A stretch of 64,000 nt of DNA from Synechococcus sp. ARS1019. Lineage in GTDB: Bacteria; Cyanobacteriota; Cyanobacteriia; PCC-6307; Cyanobiaceae. The stretch is taken from positions 2,084-66,083 of the forward strand of contig NZED01000032.1 in the NCBI GenBank assembly GCA_002690325.1, given 5' to 3'. Both the position numbers and the translations under genes were made by a program. Shown here piece by piece: positions 8,774 to 19,089 of the stretch. Under the pieces are notes generated by a model. It ran no database searches and was not told where the DNA came from. It was given only the letters and a program-made list of their open reading frames with translations. The first letter of the stretch is position 1; each line of letters begins with the position of its first letter.

Positions 8774-9961
8774 TCATTTCCCACTTGAAATCAGTGATCT
8801 CCACTCTGCCCAACATTGGTTGACACTCGATGTGTCTCTGTGCTGGCCGCACAGTCCTTCCCAGTAAAAGAAAATTACGCCGTGACCTCTTGATCGAGAG
8901 AGTTGGATTTTGTTCTTCAGATCATTCATGGATGTGGTTCGGCGGCCAAATCCAGCAAGGATCCCGATTTGTGTTGGAACGCCCCACTCTCGTGCTTTGT
9001 GCAGAGCGGGCTGATCGAGATCGCGGGCAAATCCAGGCATTGAATACGCATAGTTTTGGACAACAAGCTCATCAATTAATCCGCCCATCGCCCATAGCTC
9101 CCAATCCTGTAGCCAGAGGTTGTAGGCCTGGCGGAATGGCCCTGGCGACAGGCTGATCTTCATGGGAAGTCCTTCAGCCTTCAGGCGTGTTCGGAGTTCG
9201 CGCAACAAGTTGGTGAGTTGTCGACGGCGCCAGGTCATCCAGTGGCGATTGGTGTAGTCACGTGGCACCTCCAGTCCGGTCTGTTCGCGGTACAGCGCTC
9301 GCGTGAACCGGTCGTAGCCGAACTCCACAGGCCAGGCGAAGTGATCGTCCAGCTGGAGGCCGTGCATCGAACAACGCTTGAGCGTTTCCACCACCAAACC
9401 AATAAAGCGTTGTCGCACCTCGGGATGGGATGGGTTGAGCCATGCCATCCGGTGGTTTCCGTGCAGCGTCATCCAACGTTGGCCGTCGGCACGGCTCAAC
9501 ACCCATTCGGGTTTTGCTTGAACGACGGCTGAATCGGCCGGTTCCATCAGTCCGTATTCGAACCAGGGCATCACCTGGATTTCACGCTTGCGGCCCTCAG
9601 TGGCCAAGGTGCAAATCGGATCAATGCCGATACCTGCTCGGATCAGCGTCGGTTCCGTTGGGGCATATCGACTCCGATGAAATGTGGTGCCGCGGCTCCA
9701 AACATTCGGGACAACCCGCGTAAATTCGCTCTGCCTCAGCCGCTGCATTGCAGAGCGAATCTGGCTGCGGCTGTAATACAGCGGACTAGGGCTGTTGGTC
9801 AGCCAAACACCCACTTGCTTTCGTGGACGCAAAGCTTCGTCCAGTCTTGGGGAGGCCCCGACAGGACTGGCTTGAATCAGATTGAAGGCCACCGTCAGAA
9901 TCGCCGCTAGGCGAATCCATGTGCCGTTAGCGGAACATGGAACTGACAGAACTCTCCTCAT
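8774..9961 (-). CDS. Glycoside hydrolase-like 10 (GHL10/DUF187, YddW/DigH-like) protein; start uncertain
   Basis: GVWLT, VWSRGTT, PWFEYG, WLNPSHPEV, GLQLDDHF motifs. The in-frame ATG at 9961 overlaps the prs 3' end. Confidence 0.85.
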   Translation of the reverse strand: MRRVLSVPCSANGTWIRLAAILTVAFNLIQASPVGASPRLDEALRPRKQVGVWLTNSPSPLYYSRSQIRSAMQRLRQSEFTRVVPNVWSRGTTFHRSRYAPTEPTLIRAGIGIDPICTLATEGRKREIQVMPWFEYGLMEPADSAVVQAKPEWVLSRADGQRWMTLHGNHRMAWLNPSHPEVRQRFIGLVVETLKRCSMHGLQLDDHFAWPVEFGYDRFTRALYREQTGLEVPRDYTNRHWMTWRRRQLTNLLRELRTRLKAEGLPMKISLSPGPFRQAYNLWLQDWELWAMGGLIDELVVQNYAYSMPGFARDLDQPALHKAREWGVPTQIGILAGFGRRTTSMNDLKNKIQLSRSRGHGVIFFYWEGLCGQHRDTSSVNQCWAEWRSLISSGK

Positions 9962-10922
9962 GAATCCGCCAGATCGCTTCGCCGAGCATGTTGGCAACCG
10001 ATAGGACCTTCAGTTGGTTGAACATTCGGTCGTTCGGGATCGGAATGCTGTTGGTCACCACCACTTGCTCAAACAGGCCTTCGGTCGACAACCGTTGACT
10101 GGCCGGTGGGGAAAAGACGGCGTGGGTTGCGCAGGCGATCACGCGTTGGGCGCCCTGTTCTCGGAGCAGCCGAGCCCCTGCGCAAATCGTGCCACCGGTG
10201 TCGATCATGTCGTCGATCAGCACAGCCGTTTTGCCCGACACATCACCGATCACGGTCAAACTTTCGGCCATGTTGTGCCCGGTCCGACGCTTGTCGATGA
10301 TGGCGAGTGGTGCGTCGTTCATTTGTTTAGCGAAGGCTCTGGCCCTGGCCACTCCACCCACATCGGGTGACACCACAACGATGTCGCCGAGATTTTGAGT
10401 GGAGAGATAGTCGACGAGAACTGGTGATCCGTAGATGTGATCGCAGGGAATATCGAAGTAGCCCTGAATTTGTGCCGAATGCAGGTCCATGGCCAGCACT
10501 CGGTCCACGCCGGACTTCACCAGCAGGTTTGCCGTCAGCTTGGCGGTGATGGATTCACGACCCGCTGTTTTACGGTCGGCGCGCGCGTAGCCGTAATACG
10601 GCACCACAGCTGTGATCTGGCGTGCTGAGGCGCGTCTGCAGGCGTCCACCATGATCAACAGCTCCATGAGGTGGTCATTCACCGGAGCACAGGTGGGCTG
10701 AATCAAAAAGACGTCGCAGCCTCGGATCGATTCCTGGATCTGGACGTACAGCTCGCCATCGGCGAAGCGTTTGCACACCCTTGGGCCATCGGGGACCCCG
10801 AGGTAAGCCGCAATCTCTCGAGCCAATCCAGGATTGGAGGTGCCGCTGAACAAACGCAGACGACGACTGTCCTGCTGGAGCTTTTCCTGTTCGGCGCGGG
10901 CTGCTGTCAGAAAGCTGGTCAC
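9927..10922 (-). CDS. prs: Ribose-phosphate pyrophosphokinase
   Basis: RFADGE, PYYGYARADRK, MDLHSAQIQGYF, VSPDVGG, DDMIDTGGT. Confidence 0.98.
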   Translation of the reverse strand: MTSFLTAARAEQEKLQQDSRRLRLFSGTSNPGLAREIAAYLGVPDGPRVCKRFADGELYVQIQESIRGCDVFLIQPTCAPVNDHLMELLIMVDACRRASARQITAVVPYYGYARADRKTAGRESITAKLTANLLVKSGVDRVLAMDLHSAQIQGYFDIPCDHIYGSPVLVDYLSTQNLGDIVVVSPDVGGVARARAFAKQMNDAPLAIIDKRRTGHNMAESLTVIGDVSGKTAVLIDDMIDTGGTICAGARLLREQGAQRVIACATHAVFSPPASQRLSTEGLFEQVVVTNSIPIPNDRMFNQLKVLSVANMLGEAIWRIHEESSVSSMFR

Positions 10923-10978
10923 GGCGCCTGCAGGACGAGTTCTGTTGTAATCCGATGGTAGTGCTGAGCTCCCCCCCT

Positions 10979-11494
10979 ATGTCCACAGCCTCTCCGGTCC
11001 TGGTGGGTGCCGGTGCCCTGCCCGAGCTGGTGATGCGCGATGCAACCACTGCACTGGCGCAGCAATGCCGCCGTCCACTTCTGCTGCATGCAACAGGAGA
11101 GTGCCCTCAGACCGTTCTGTCCGAGACCGCCGCTCGTCCTGAGTTTGTGCGGCTGTCGGGTGATGCCGCCGTGTTGCATCCCAGTGGCGGAAGTTGGTTG
11201 GAAGCGCTGGCGGATTGGCAACGTCCGGTTCTTCTGATGGTGAACACGCGGCCCGATGGTGGAATCCCTGGATCTGCTGCTGCCTACAACGCGTTGGCTG
11301 ATCGTTGGCGTGTTCCCCTCATTGGTCTTGTGCAGTTGGGAGGAGACTGGACTAGTGCCGATCGCATCCGCGATGGTCTGCCTTGGTGCGGGTGGATTCC
11401 GCAACCGTTGCACCCCCTGCGTGAGCAGGCGCTTACCGCGATTGCTCAGCGTCTGCTCAGTTCGGCCACAACGGCAGGGTTTGGTTCTGTTTGA
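10979..11494 (+). CDS. Conserved hypothetical protein with weak resemblance to the C-terminal half of the BioD/AAA_26 fold
   Basis: Divergent from prs; WLEALADWQRPVLLMV...VPLIGLVQ; no P-loop. Confidence 0.65.
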   Translation: MSTASPVLVGAGALPELVMRDATTALAQQCRRPLLLHATGECPQTVLSETAARPEFVRLSGDAAVLHPSGGSWLEALADWQRPVLLMVNTRPDGGIPGSAAAYNALADRWRVPLIGLVQLGGDWTSADRIRDGLPWCGWIPQPLHPLREQALTAIAQRLLSSATTAGFGSV

Positions 11495-12413
11495 GTTGTC
11501 GAAGGGGTTGTCCGTTGGCTCGGGGCTCCAGATCTAGCTGGCTGATTTGCATTCCGGCCGGGCTGGCCATGACGGCAGCGGTCAAACTAAGCAGCTCAAA
11601 TTGGGTGAGATTCGAGTCCAAATCTGTCTGGAGGCCCGTCAACACTCTTTTGATGCGTTGAAATCCACTAGGGGTTTTGAGTTGCTCAACCAACGCTTGA
11701 ATCACCAGTCGTTGTCGTGAGCGTCGATTGCTCTGATCGAGTGGGGTTTCGATGTAGCGCAGCAGCTGCTCAGTTTCATCGCCATCGAGGCGTTGACGTC
11801 CTGCCTGGAGATTGACGACGAATCCTTGGCTCCGGTCTTCGCTGGTATAGGCCTCCGGCAAGGCAATCTCTAGATCACCAAGGCCATCGATGAAACCTCG
11901 GACCACACGGCGTGGAACGACGACATACCGCTGAGGCACACCGTTGGGGAGACCGATAATTTCGCGAAGACTGTCTGCCATGAGCGCTGTCCCCCCCCGT
12001 TGCCACAGGCTTCCAAGAGGGACTGGCTTGGTGCTGTCGGGTGTTTTGATTCCGAGTTCTGTTGGAAGCTGCAGCAGCTGCAGTGGCTCGTCGGCGGCAA
12101 TCCGAGCCAGCATCACGGCATCCGCATTCGCGGGACCTTTTGGGGCCGCTTGATTGCTGAGATCACGAAGATCATCAGCATCAGCTCCGATAATCAGCAG
12201 GGTGACGGGAGCTGCTGGGTAGGGCGCGAGCTGCGATGGGTCGTTGGAGTTGGGGAGAGCTGCTCGATCGATCTGATCTGGCGCTGGCCAAAGACCGGAT
12301 AAGCCCCAGGCTGTTGCTCCCACGCCAAGGGCCAGTGCCGCGATGCGCAGGCTTGCTCGCAGTGGATGACGCCCAAGCCACTGCCGCAACCGTTGAGGTT
12401 TGGACGTCGACAT
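11457..12413 (-). CDS. LCP (LytR-CpsA-Psr) family protein
   Basis: N-terminal TM helix, [41 protein letters not shown]. Confidence 0.85.
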   Translation of the reverse strand: MSTSKPQRLRQWLGRHPLRASLRIAALALGVGATAWGLSGLWPAPDQIDRAALPNSNDPSQLAPYPAAPVTLLIIGADADDLRDLSNQAAPKGPANADAVMLARIAADEPLQLLQLPTELGIKTPDSTKPVPLGSLWQRGGTALMADSLREIIGLPNGVPQRYVVVPRRVVRGFIDGLGDLEIALPEAYTSEDRSQGFVVNLQAGRQRLDGDETEQLLRYIETPLDQSNRRSRQRLVIQALVEQLKTPSGFQRIKRVLTGLQTDLDSNLTQFELLSLTAAVMASPAGMQISQLDLEPRANGQPLRQLKQNQTLPLWPN

Positions 12414-12492
12414 CGTTCTCGATTTTTGCCTTGATCAGTTTGTCTCAGCCCTTCTGTCTCTAGCGTTCAGGTCCTTTGAATTCGACGTTCTG

Positions 12493-13533
12493 GTGTTGTC
12501 TCCGGTTGCTTTGCGTCATGACTTCCGTTCTCGCCCGCCAGAACAGGTCAGGGTCGTGGTGTTTGGCGCGACCGGTTACATCGGCCGTTTTGTGGTTCGA
12601 GAGCTGGTGTCTCGCGGGTATCAGGTGGTCGCCTTCGCCCGGGAACGCAGTGGAATCGGCGGCCGACAGGACCGTGACCAAGTCATCGCCGACTTCCCTG
12701 GAGCAGAGGTGCGTTTCGGTGATGTCACCGATCCTCAGTCCATCGCCGATACCGCCTTTGATCAGCCGGCAGATGTTGTCGTCTCTTGTCTGGCATCCAG
12801 AACGGGTGGCCGTCAGGATTCATGGGCGATCGACCACGACGCCACGCTGAATACCTATCGCGAGGGACGTCGAGCAGGCGCTGCTCACTACGTGCTTCTG
12901 TCGGCGATTTGTGTGCAGAAACCGGAGTTGGAGTTTCAAAAGGCGAAGTTGGCATTTGAAGCCGTGCTTCGTGATGACGCGGAGATGACGCACTCGATCG
13001 TGCGACCCACTGCATTTTTCAAAAGTCTTGCGGGACAGGTCGAAAGTTGTCGAAAGGGGGCTCCTTACGTGATGTTCGCTGGCGGAGAACTGGCCAGTTG
13101 CAAGCCGATTAGCGAACAGGATCTCGCCCGGTTTATGGCGGACTGCATTCAGGACGAGAGCAAGCGCAACCAGGTGTTGCCGATTGGAGGGCCTGGCCCC
13201 GCGTTGAGTGCGCGCCAGCAAGGTCAAATGCTGTTCCGCGCCCTCGGTCGAGATCCACGCCTTTTATCGGTGCCGATTGCCTTCATGAATGGTCCGATTG
13301 CTGTTCTCGAGGGTCTTTCGCGTGTTGTTCCTTCTCTGCAGGACACCGCTGAATTCGGACGGATCGGTCGGTATTACGCCTGTGAGTCGATGTTGGTGTG
13401 GGACCACGACGCAGGCCGCTACGACGCCGATGCGACGCCGTCCTATGGCGAAGACACGTTGGAACAGTTCTTTGACCGCGTCGTGCGCGACGGCATGGCT
13501 GGTCAAGAACTCGGTGATGCCGCTTTGTTCTGA
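12493..13533 (+). CDS. dvr: Divinyl chlorophyllide 8-vinyl reductase (NADPH-type)
   Basis: [10 protein letters not shown] Rossmann motif, [43 protein letters not shown]. The upstream ORF extension overlaps the LCP gene, so GTG 12493 was chosen. Confidence 0.92.
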   Translation: MLSPVALRHDFRSRPPEQVRVVVFGATGYIGRFVVRELVSRGYQVVAFARERSGIGGRQDRDQVIADFPGAEVRFGDVTDPQSIADTAFDQPADVVVSCLASRTGGRQDSWAIDHDATLNTYREGRRAGAAHYVLLSAICVQKPELEFQKAKLAFEAVLRDDAEMTHSIVRPTAFFKSLAGQVESCRKGAPYVMFAGGELASCKPISEQDLARFMADCIQDESKRNQVLPIGGPGPALSARQQGQMLFRALGRDPRLLSVPIAFMNGPIAVLEGLSRVVPSLQDTAEFGRIGRYYACESMLVWDHDAGRYDADATPSYGEDTLEQFFDRVVRDGMAGQELGDAALF

Positions 13534-13566
13534 TCGAGCCATGCTTGGGGGGACCGTGAGGTTCCA

Positions 13567-15120
13567 ATGGATCAGCCAAGCTCCCCCCTGCCACGATCCA
13601 CCGGGGTGCTGCTGCATCCCACGGCCCTGCCCGGTAGTCCGGTCTGCGGGAGTTTCGGTGAGCCGTGCCGCCGTTGGTTACGGCTGCTCGCCGACAACGA
13701 CATCGGTGTTTGGCAAATGCTTCCGTTGGCGCCGCCGGATCCGACAGGCTCGCCCTACAGCTCCCCCTCCTGTTTTGCCTTAAACCCTTGGTTTCTTGAT
13801 GCGGCAGATCTTGCTGCTGAAGGGTTCATTTCCGGCGAGCAACTCGCTGGGCTTCCTTGGGCGAATGCGCCAACAGAGGACGTTGCTGCCTTGTCGTTCA
13901 CCCAGGCCCGCGAACGCAGCCAGGCTGTATCCGATGCATTGCTGCACTCCTGGAGTGAACAAAGTGCTGAACGTCATCAGGCGTTTGCCAGCTGGTGTGA
14001 TCAACAGAGTTGGCTGGAAGATCACGTTCGCTTTCGTGTGCTTCACGACCAGCATCAGCAGCCTTGGTGGACGTGGCCTTCATCCCTGGCCCAGCATCAG
14101 AGCAAGGCCTTAGAGCTCTGGGCGCTGGATCATCACGATGCTCTCCAACGGGAACGCCTGACGCAGTGGCAGCTCGATCGTCAGTGGCAGTTGATCAGGA
14201 CGTTGGCTGCAGATTTGGGAATCCTCTTGTTTGGTGATCTGCCCTTTTACGTCAGTGCCGACAGCGCCGATGTTTGGAGTCATCGCCATCTGTTCACGAT
14301 TTCGGCTGATGGCACGTTGAGCACCCAGAGCGGTGTACCGCCCGATTATTTCTCTGAGACAGGACAACTCTGGGGCTCACCTGTGTATCGCTGGTGGCGT
14401 CACCGCCTGACGCGCTTCCAGTGGTGGCGGCAGCGCATTGCCCGTCAACGTCAGTTGATGGATTTGCTCAGGCTGGATCACTTCCGCGCGTTGGCAAAGT
14501 TTTGGGCTGTTCCAGGTGGAGACACAACGGCACAACATGGGTCGTGGCAACCCTCTCCTGGAGCATCGCTTCTGCGCAAATTGCGCCGTGATGCCGGCGG
14601 TTCATTGCCTTTGATCGCTGAAGACCTCGGGGTCATTACCCCTGATGTGGAATCGCTTCGCGATGGCTTCGCCCTGCCAGGGATGAAGGTGCTGCAGTTC
14701 GCCTTTGATGGGCTGACAGACAACCCTTACCTTCCGGAAAACATCGATGGCGCCCGTTGGGTCGTCTACACAGGCACCCACGACAATGCAACAACCCTTG
14801 GTTGGTGGCAGCAGCTCGATCACGACAGCCGTGAGCGGGTGATTGCCAGGGTCTCTGGCAGCTTTGGTTCACCGGCGTGGCATCTGTTTGATATGGCTTT
14901 CGCCACCACCGCCGCTTTGGTCGTTGCACCGTTGCAGGATTTGCTCCACCTCGATGATGCGGCTCGATTCAACACACCTGGCACGAGTGAGGGCAATTGG
15001 AGTTGGCGCTGTCCACGTTTTGATTCGGCTTTAGAGGGTGCCTTGAAGGGTTATGGCGAAAGGGGAGGGGTCTGGGGCCGCTCACGTTCCGGAGCTTCAG
15101 CCGTGTTGGGCATGCTGTAA
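13567..15120 (+). CDS. malQ: 4-alpha-glucanotransferase (amylomaltase, GH77)
   Basis: GVLLHPTALPG, GDLPFYV, GVPPDYFSETGQLWG, LRLDHFR, IAEDLG, YTGTHDN. Confidence 0.96.
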   Translation: MDQPSSPLPRSTGVLLHPTALPGSPVCGSFGEPCRRWLRLLADNDIGVWQMLPLAPPDPTGSPYSSPSCFALNPWFLDAADLAAEGFISGEQLAGLPWANAPTEDVAALSFTQARERSQAVSDALLHSWSEQSAERHQAFASWCDQQSWLEDHVRFRVLHDQHQQPWWTWPSSLAQHQSKALELWALDHHDALQRERLTQWQLDRQWQLIRTLAADLGILLFGDLPFYVSADSADVWSHRHLFTISADGTLSTQSGVPPDYFSETGQLWGSPVYRWWRHRLTRFQWWRQRIARQRQLMDLLRLDHFRALAKFWAVPGGDTTAQHGSWQPSPGASLLRKLRRDAGGSLPLIAEDLGVITPDVESLRDGFALPGMKVLQFAFDGLTDNPYLPENIDGARWVVYTGTHDNATTLGWWQQLDHDSRERVIARVSGSFGSPAWHLFDMAFATTAALVVAPLQDLLHLDDAARFNTPGTSEGNWSWRCPRFDSALEGALKGYGERGGVWGRSRSGASAVLGML

Positions 15121-16004
15121 CTGCCTGGCTTTTTGGCTTGAGGACGCAGGACCGCTCCATTCCAGAGCACTCGGTCCTGCTCCACCGGTGGAGGATCGAT
15201 TGTGATTGTGAGTGGTTGAACCAAGCTGAGGGTCATCGCCCCCTCGGCGTTGGTGAGTTGGAGCCGATCGCCCCCACCGCTTGCAATGGATAGCTTGCTG
15301 GGTCTGGTGAGTTGCAGCTCGAGAACTCCAGGTCCGCTGACTTGGCTTTGTCTTAAGGCGACCAGCCAGCGGTCAGGAGGCTGACGACTGAGGTCGTCTA
15401 ACGGGCGAAGTGTGCTGATCAGTGGCGCATCGGACGGATCCTGGGAGGAGTCGTCTTGGAGGATCAATGCGGCCCGGACGGGTTCGAGGTTGAGGCTGTT
15501 CTGCTCAACCAGCATCTGTTGCTGCCGATTGATGGCAATCAGGCTGAACCCGATCACCACCGCGTACAGCAAGGAGCCTTGCCACGTGGTGACGACATCG
15601 ATGCTTCCAGGGGTGAAACGACGCAAGCCGTAGCGGTTTTTGGCATGGAGCGGATTGGCGGCTCTTGGCGGCAGGACCGCTGCAAGGCTTCCGGTCGGGA
15701 CTTCTAGCGCTTCTTCCAGGCGAATCACCATGGCTGCCAGATAGGTCCGCTCCGGTAGTCGATCCCTCCAGCCGCGCTCCATGGCTTCCAGCACGGGAGT
15801 CGTGATCCGTGTTTGCAGTGCGAGGTCGCGGAGGTTCATACCCAGTGCCTCACGTCGAGTTCGGATGGTTGTTCCGACGTCCCTTGCCCGTTCGGCGTCA
15901 CTTCCCTCCTGGCGCGCACTTGGGGAGGACGCGTTCTGGGATCGCCGTCGCCACAGTTGGGCCAGTTTCAACCGCATGGCTCCCCATCGAGCAGCGACTG
16001 CCAT
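15051..16004 (-). CDS. RodZ-like XRE helix-turn-helix membrane protein (start may be 15977)
   Basis: IRTRREALGMNLRDLALQTRITTPVLEAMERG HTH, one TM segment, periplasmic tail. Confidence 0.75.
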   Translation of the reverse strand: MAVAARWGAMRLKLAQLWRRRSQNASSPSARQEGSDAERARDVGTTIRTRREALGMNLRDLALQTRITTPVLEAMERGWRDRLPERTYLAAMVIRLEEALEVPTGSLAAVLPPRAANPLHAKNRYGLRRFTPGSIDVVTTWQGSLLYAVVIGFSLIAINRQQQMLVEQNSLNLEPVRAALILQDDSSQDPSDAPLISTLRPLDDLSRQPPDRWLVALRQSQVSGPGVLELQLTRPSKLSIASGGGDRLQLTNAEGAMTLSLVQPLTITIDPPPVEQDRVLWNGAVLRPQAKKPGSYSMPNTAEAPERERPQTPPLSP

Positions 16005-16696
16005 TCTCGTCGCTCCAGTCGTCTCCAGCATCCTTCCTTGAGGCTGCCGAGGCTGATCCCAGCGAGGCCAACCCGTTGCAAGTCAGTGACACGGTGGCCG
16101 AGACCAGCCGCGACACGACGGATTTGGCGATTGCGACCTTCCATCAGCTCGATGCGCAGCAGCGTTCGATCGCGGTCGTGTTTCAGACGCTCCACTGACG
16201 CCGGTCTGGTCAAGCTGCCATCGAGTGGCACGCCGTTGCGCCAGCGTCGCAAGGTTGATTCAGAGGGATGTCCGATCACCCAAACGCGATAGCTCTTCAC
16301 GTGGTCATAGCGAGGGTGGGTGAGTCGCAAGGTGAGGGAGCCCTGGTCGGTGAGCAAGAGCGCTCCCCGGCTCTCGGAATCAAGGCGTCCGATCGGGTGG
16401 AGTCCCTGCCGTTCCTGTCGAGGTAACAGATCGAGAACGGTCGGCCGACCTTGTGGGTCGTGGCAGGTGCTGATCACCCCAATGGGTTTGTTCACCAGCA
16501 GCACTCTGCCGTTGCCGATGCGTGGGAGTTCCCTCCCATCGACACAGACCACATTTCGATCCAGATCGGCTTGATCGCCAAGCTTGGCCTGGTCTCCATC
16601 CACGGACACTCGCCCGGCTATGAGCCAGTCCTCGGCACGTCGGCGCGAACAGAGGCCTGCCGCAGCAATTAATTTCTGCAGCCGTTCTCGGGTCAT
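15968..16696 (-). CDS. rRNA pseudouridine synthase (RsuA/RluB family, S4 domain)
   Basis: ERLQKLIAAAGLCSRRRAE S4 domain, catalytic GRLD, EGRNRQIRR. The start at 16696 overlaps the phoR stop. Confidence 0.93.
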   Translation of the reverse strand: MTRERLQKLIAAAGLCSRRRAEDWLIAGRVSVDGDQAKLGDQADLDRNVVCVDGRELPRIGNGRVLLVNKPIGVISTCHDPQGRPTVLDLLPRQERQGLHPIGRLDSESRGALLLTDQGSLTLRLTHPRYDHVKSYRVWVIGHPSESTLRRWRNGVPLDGSLTRPASVERLKHDRDRTLLRIELMEGRNRQIRRVAAGLGHRVTDLQRVGLAGISLGSLKEGCWRRLERREWQSLLDGEPCG

Positions 16697-17838
16697 TCCG
16701 GAAGAGCCTTGGGGAGGGTGAGTTCCATGCACGTTCCACCTTCTGGATGATTACGGGCCTCGACCCTGCCGCCATGGTTAAAAACGATTTGCTGCACGAT
16801 GGCCAGCCCTAGTCCACTGCCGCTCCGGGCCGAGCGGGAGCGCGATGGATCACCGCGATAAAACCGCTGAAACATCTTGTCGAGGTCTGATTCACTCAAA
16901 CCGGGACCGTGATCACGGATGCTGAGCTGCCACCAGCCACCACTGGGGTGAATCTGCACATCCACTGCCGCTCCTGGCGGTGAGTAGCGCAATGCGTTGT
17001 CCAGAAGATTGAGCACAGCCCGATGGAGACAAGGCTGATCCCCCATCATCAGCCCGGATTCTGTTTGCGCGAAGTCCAGTTCCACCTCTCGGGCTTCGGC
17101 GAGAGGGCGAATGCTGTTCCAGGCACTCTCCACAAGCTCCTCAAGGGTGAGGACTGAATAATTGTCCTGATCTTGGGGCAGGCTGTTTTCCAGCCGCGAT
17201 AGCACCAGAAGGTCCTCCACCAACAGTTGGAGTCGACGCAGTTCTCGCTGGAGACGTTGCACCAGCACCATGTCTTTTTGCTGCCCGCTGACAGCCATTT
17301 CCAGCCGTTCACTCACCAGCATCAGTGCTGTTAAGGGTGTTTTCAGCTCATGGGCGACATCGCTGACCCACCGCTCTTGCTCCTGCTGTTGGGCTTCGAG
17401 CGACTGCCTGCTTTGCAGTAAGACCAGTAACCATTCCTCTGAGCCTGGAAGAACCAGGCCCTCCAGTGGTGTGCTGTTCTGATCCCATTCACAACGTTGT
17501 TGTCGCTGGGAATAACGGGTGGTGATAATCGCTTCGTTTAATTGCGGCACCGATAGGACGTCTTCGAGGGGCATCCCACGCACCAGTCGGTTCTGGGAGA
17601 TTTGCAGCAGTCGCTCGGCCCGTGCATTGAGATAAGCAATGCTCAAATCCGGAGCAAGAACAACCCATCCCTGGTTGGCAGCATCAATCCAGGCCAGAAG
17701 TTGAGGGGAGTGGAGACCTTTCTCGCGCAGCTCAGTTGTTTCGCTGCGTCGCAGGCTTTTGAGATGTGCACGTCTGTGCCACCAGTTGGTGATGGCGGCT
17801 CCAAGCAGCAGGCCTGTCAACGCAGAGAAGATCACCAC
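16693..17838 (-). CDS. phoR: Phosphate-regulon sensor histidine kinase (PhoR/SphS)
   Basis: SDVAHELKTPLT H-box, NLLDNALRYS, DHGPG, FQRFYRGD, GSGLGLAI; PAS-like region; follows phoB. Confidence 0.9.
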   Translation of the reverse strand: MVIFSALTGLLLGAAITNWWHRRAHLKSLRRSETTELREKGLHSPQLLAWIDAANQGWVVLAPDLSIAYLNARAERLLQISQNRLVRGMPLEDVLSVPQLNEAIITTRYSQRQQRCEWDQNSTPLEGLVLPGSEEWLLVLLQSRQSLEAQQQEQERWVSDVAHELKTPLTALMLVSERLEMAVSGQQKDMVLVQRLQRELRRLQLLVEDLLVLSRLENSLPQDQDNYSVLTLEELVESAWNSIRPLAEAREVELDFAQTESGLMMGDQPCLHRAVLNLLDNALRYSPPGAAVDVQIHPSGGWWQLSIRDHGPGLSESDLDKMFQRFYRGDPSRSRSARSGSGLGLAIVQQIVFNHGGRVEARNHPEGGTCMELTLPKALPE

Positions 17839-17840
17839 AT

Positions 17841-18605
17841 TCAGCCGAATCGATAACCAAAGCCCCGCACAGTGCGGATCAATTTTGGCGTTGAGGGGTG
17901 TTCTTCAATTTTTTCCCTGAGCCAACGGATGTGGACGTCAACCGTTTTCATATCGCCGACAAAATCAATTCCCCAAACCTTTTCCAACAACTGGTCTCGG
18001 CTCCACACCTGCTTTGGGTTTTGGATGAACAGCTCGAGAATCTTGTATTCCTTGGGCGACAGGGTGAGATCCACACCATTGCGGGTGACCCTGCATTCCC
18101 GCACGAACAGGCTCAAATTCTCGTGGTGAAGGATGGTTTGAGGCAAATCCAGGTCTGGCATTTGTCGAGACCTTCTCAGGAGAGCCCGGCATCGAGCCAC
18201 GAGCTCTTTGAGCCCGAATGGCTTCACCAGATAGTCATCGGCACCAACTTCCAAACCAACGACTCGATCGGTCTCGCTATCTCGAGCGCTGATCACCAGA
18301 ATTGGCGTTTGATGACTGGTTCGACGGAGTTCACGGCAAAGATCCAAGCCACCCATCCCTGGGAGCATGAGATCGAGCACGATGAGATCGATTTCACCAG
18401 TGCTCTGGTCATTCAACAGGCGAAGTGCATCGGCACCGTTGCCATGGGTGAGAACTTCAAACCCTTCTGAACGCAGTGTGTCCCCGACTGTTTCTCGGAT
18501 CGTCTCATCATCTTCAACGATGAGGAGGCGACCTGTCGCGACAGCGGAACTGATCGTGGTCACATCAACAGTTGCGGATGAGATGCCAGCAGTCTGATCA
18601 CCCAA
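17841..18605 (-). CDS. phoB: Phosphate-regulon OmpR-family response regulator (PhoB/SphR)
   Basis: IVEDD, LIVLDLMLPG, GADDYLVKPF, KTVDVHIRWLREKIE, TVRGFGYRFG. Confidence 0.9.
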   Translation of the reverse strand: MGDQTAGISSATVDVTTISSAVATGRLLIVEDDETIRETVGDTLRSEGFEVLTHGNGADALRLLNDQSTGEIDLIVLDLMLPGMGGLDLCRELRRTSHQTPILVISARDSETDRVVGLEVGADDYLVKPFGLKELVARCRALLRRSRQMPDLDLPQTILHHENLSLFVRECRVTRNGVDLTLSPKEYKILELFIQNPKQVWSRDQLLEKVWGIDFVGDMKTVDVHIRWLREKIEEHPSTPKLIRTVRGFGYRFG

Positions 18606-18631
18606 GGATTGGAGAACAAGACCGAAAAGAA

Positions 18632-19057
18632 CTAGAAAAATTCGTCGAAGTTGTCGAAGTCGACGGCTTTGAAATTGCCGCTTTCAACTTGTTGCATCAG
18701 CCGCTCGAGTTGTGCCCATAAAGCTCCTCCAGTGAGCAGAGAGAGGACCAACGCAACCAGAAGAGCGGCGCCAGGGGCAAAGCCAAAGACCTGGAGGCAG
18801 GATCCAATGAACAGAACGATTCCGATCATCGTTCCGGCGTAGCTCATCGTGATCTCGACACTGCCCAAGGGGAGAAGGGGCAAGCGATCTTGCTTCCAAC
18901 CATCCAGTTTGATTTGGACGAGTCGACCGAAGGTGAGCCCACAGAGCACGCCAACTGCCAAACCAATCCCTGCGAGCAGGTATGGCGGCTGCGGGAAATA
19001 GGCGAGCTGAAATAGCAGTTCGTCGGTGCTGAAGTCCTCGGGCATCGACGCATCCAA
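18632..19057 (-). CDS. Conserved cyanobacterial membrane protein
   Basis: Three hydrophobic segments; QPPYLLAGIGL...CGLTF; acidic C-terminus. Confidence 0.75.
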   Translation of the reverse strand: MDASMPEDFSTDELLFQLAYFPQPPYLLAGIGLAVGVLCGLTFGRLVQIKLDGWKQDRLPLLPLGSVEITMSYAGTMIGIVLFIGSCLQVFGFAPGAALLVALVLSLLTGGALWAQLERLMQQVESGNFKAVDFDNFDEFF

Positions 19058-19089
19058 ACAACGGCTCGTGACCCTAGCGGGACAGAAAC

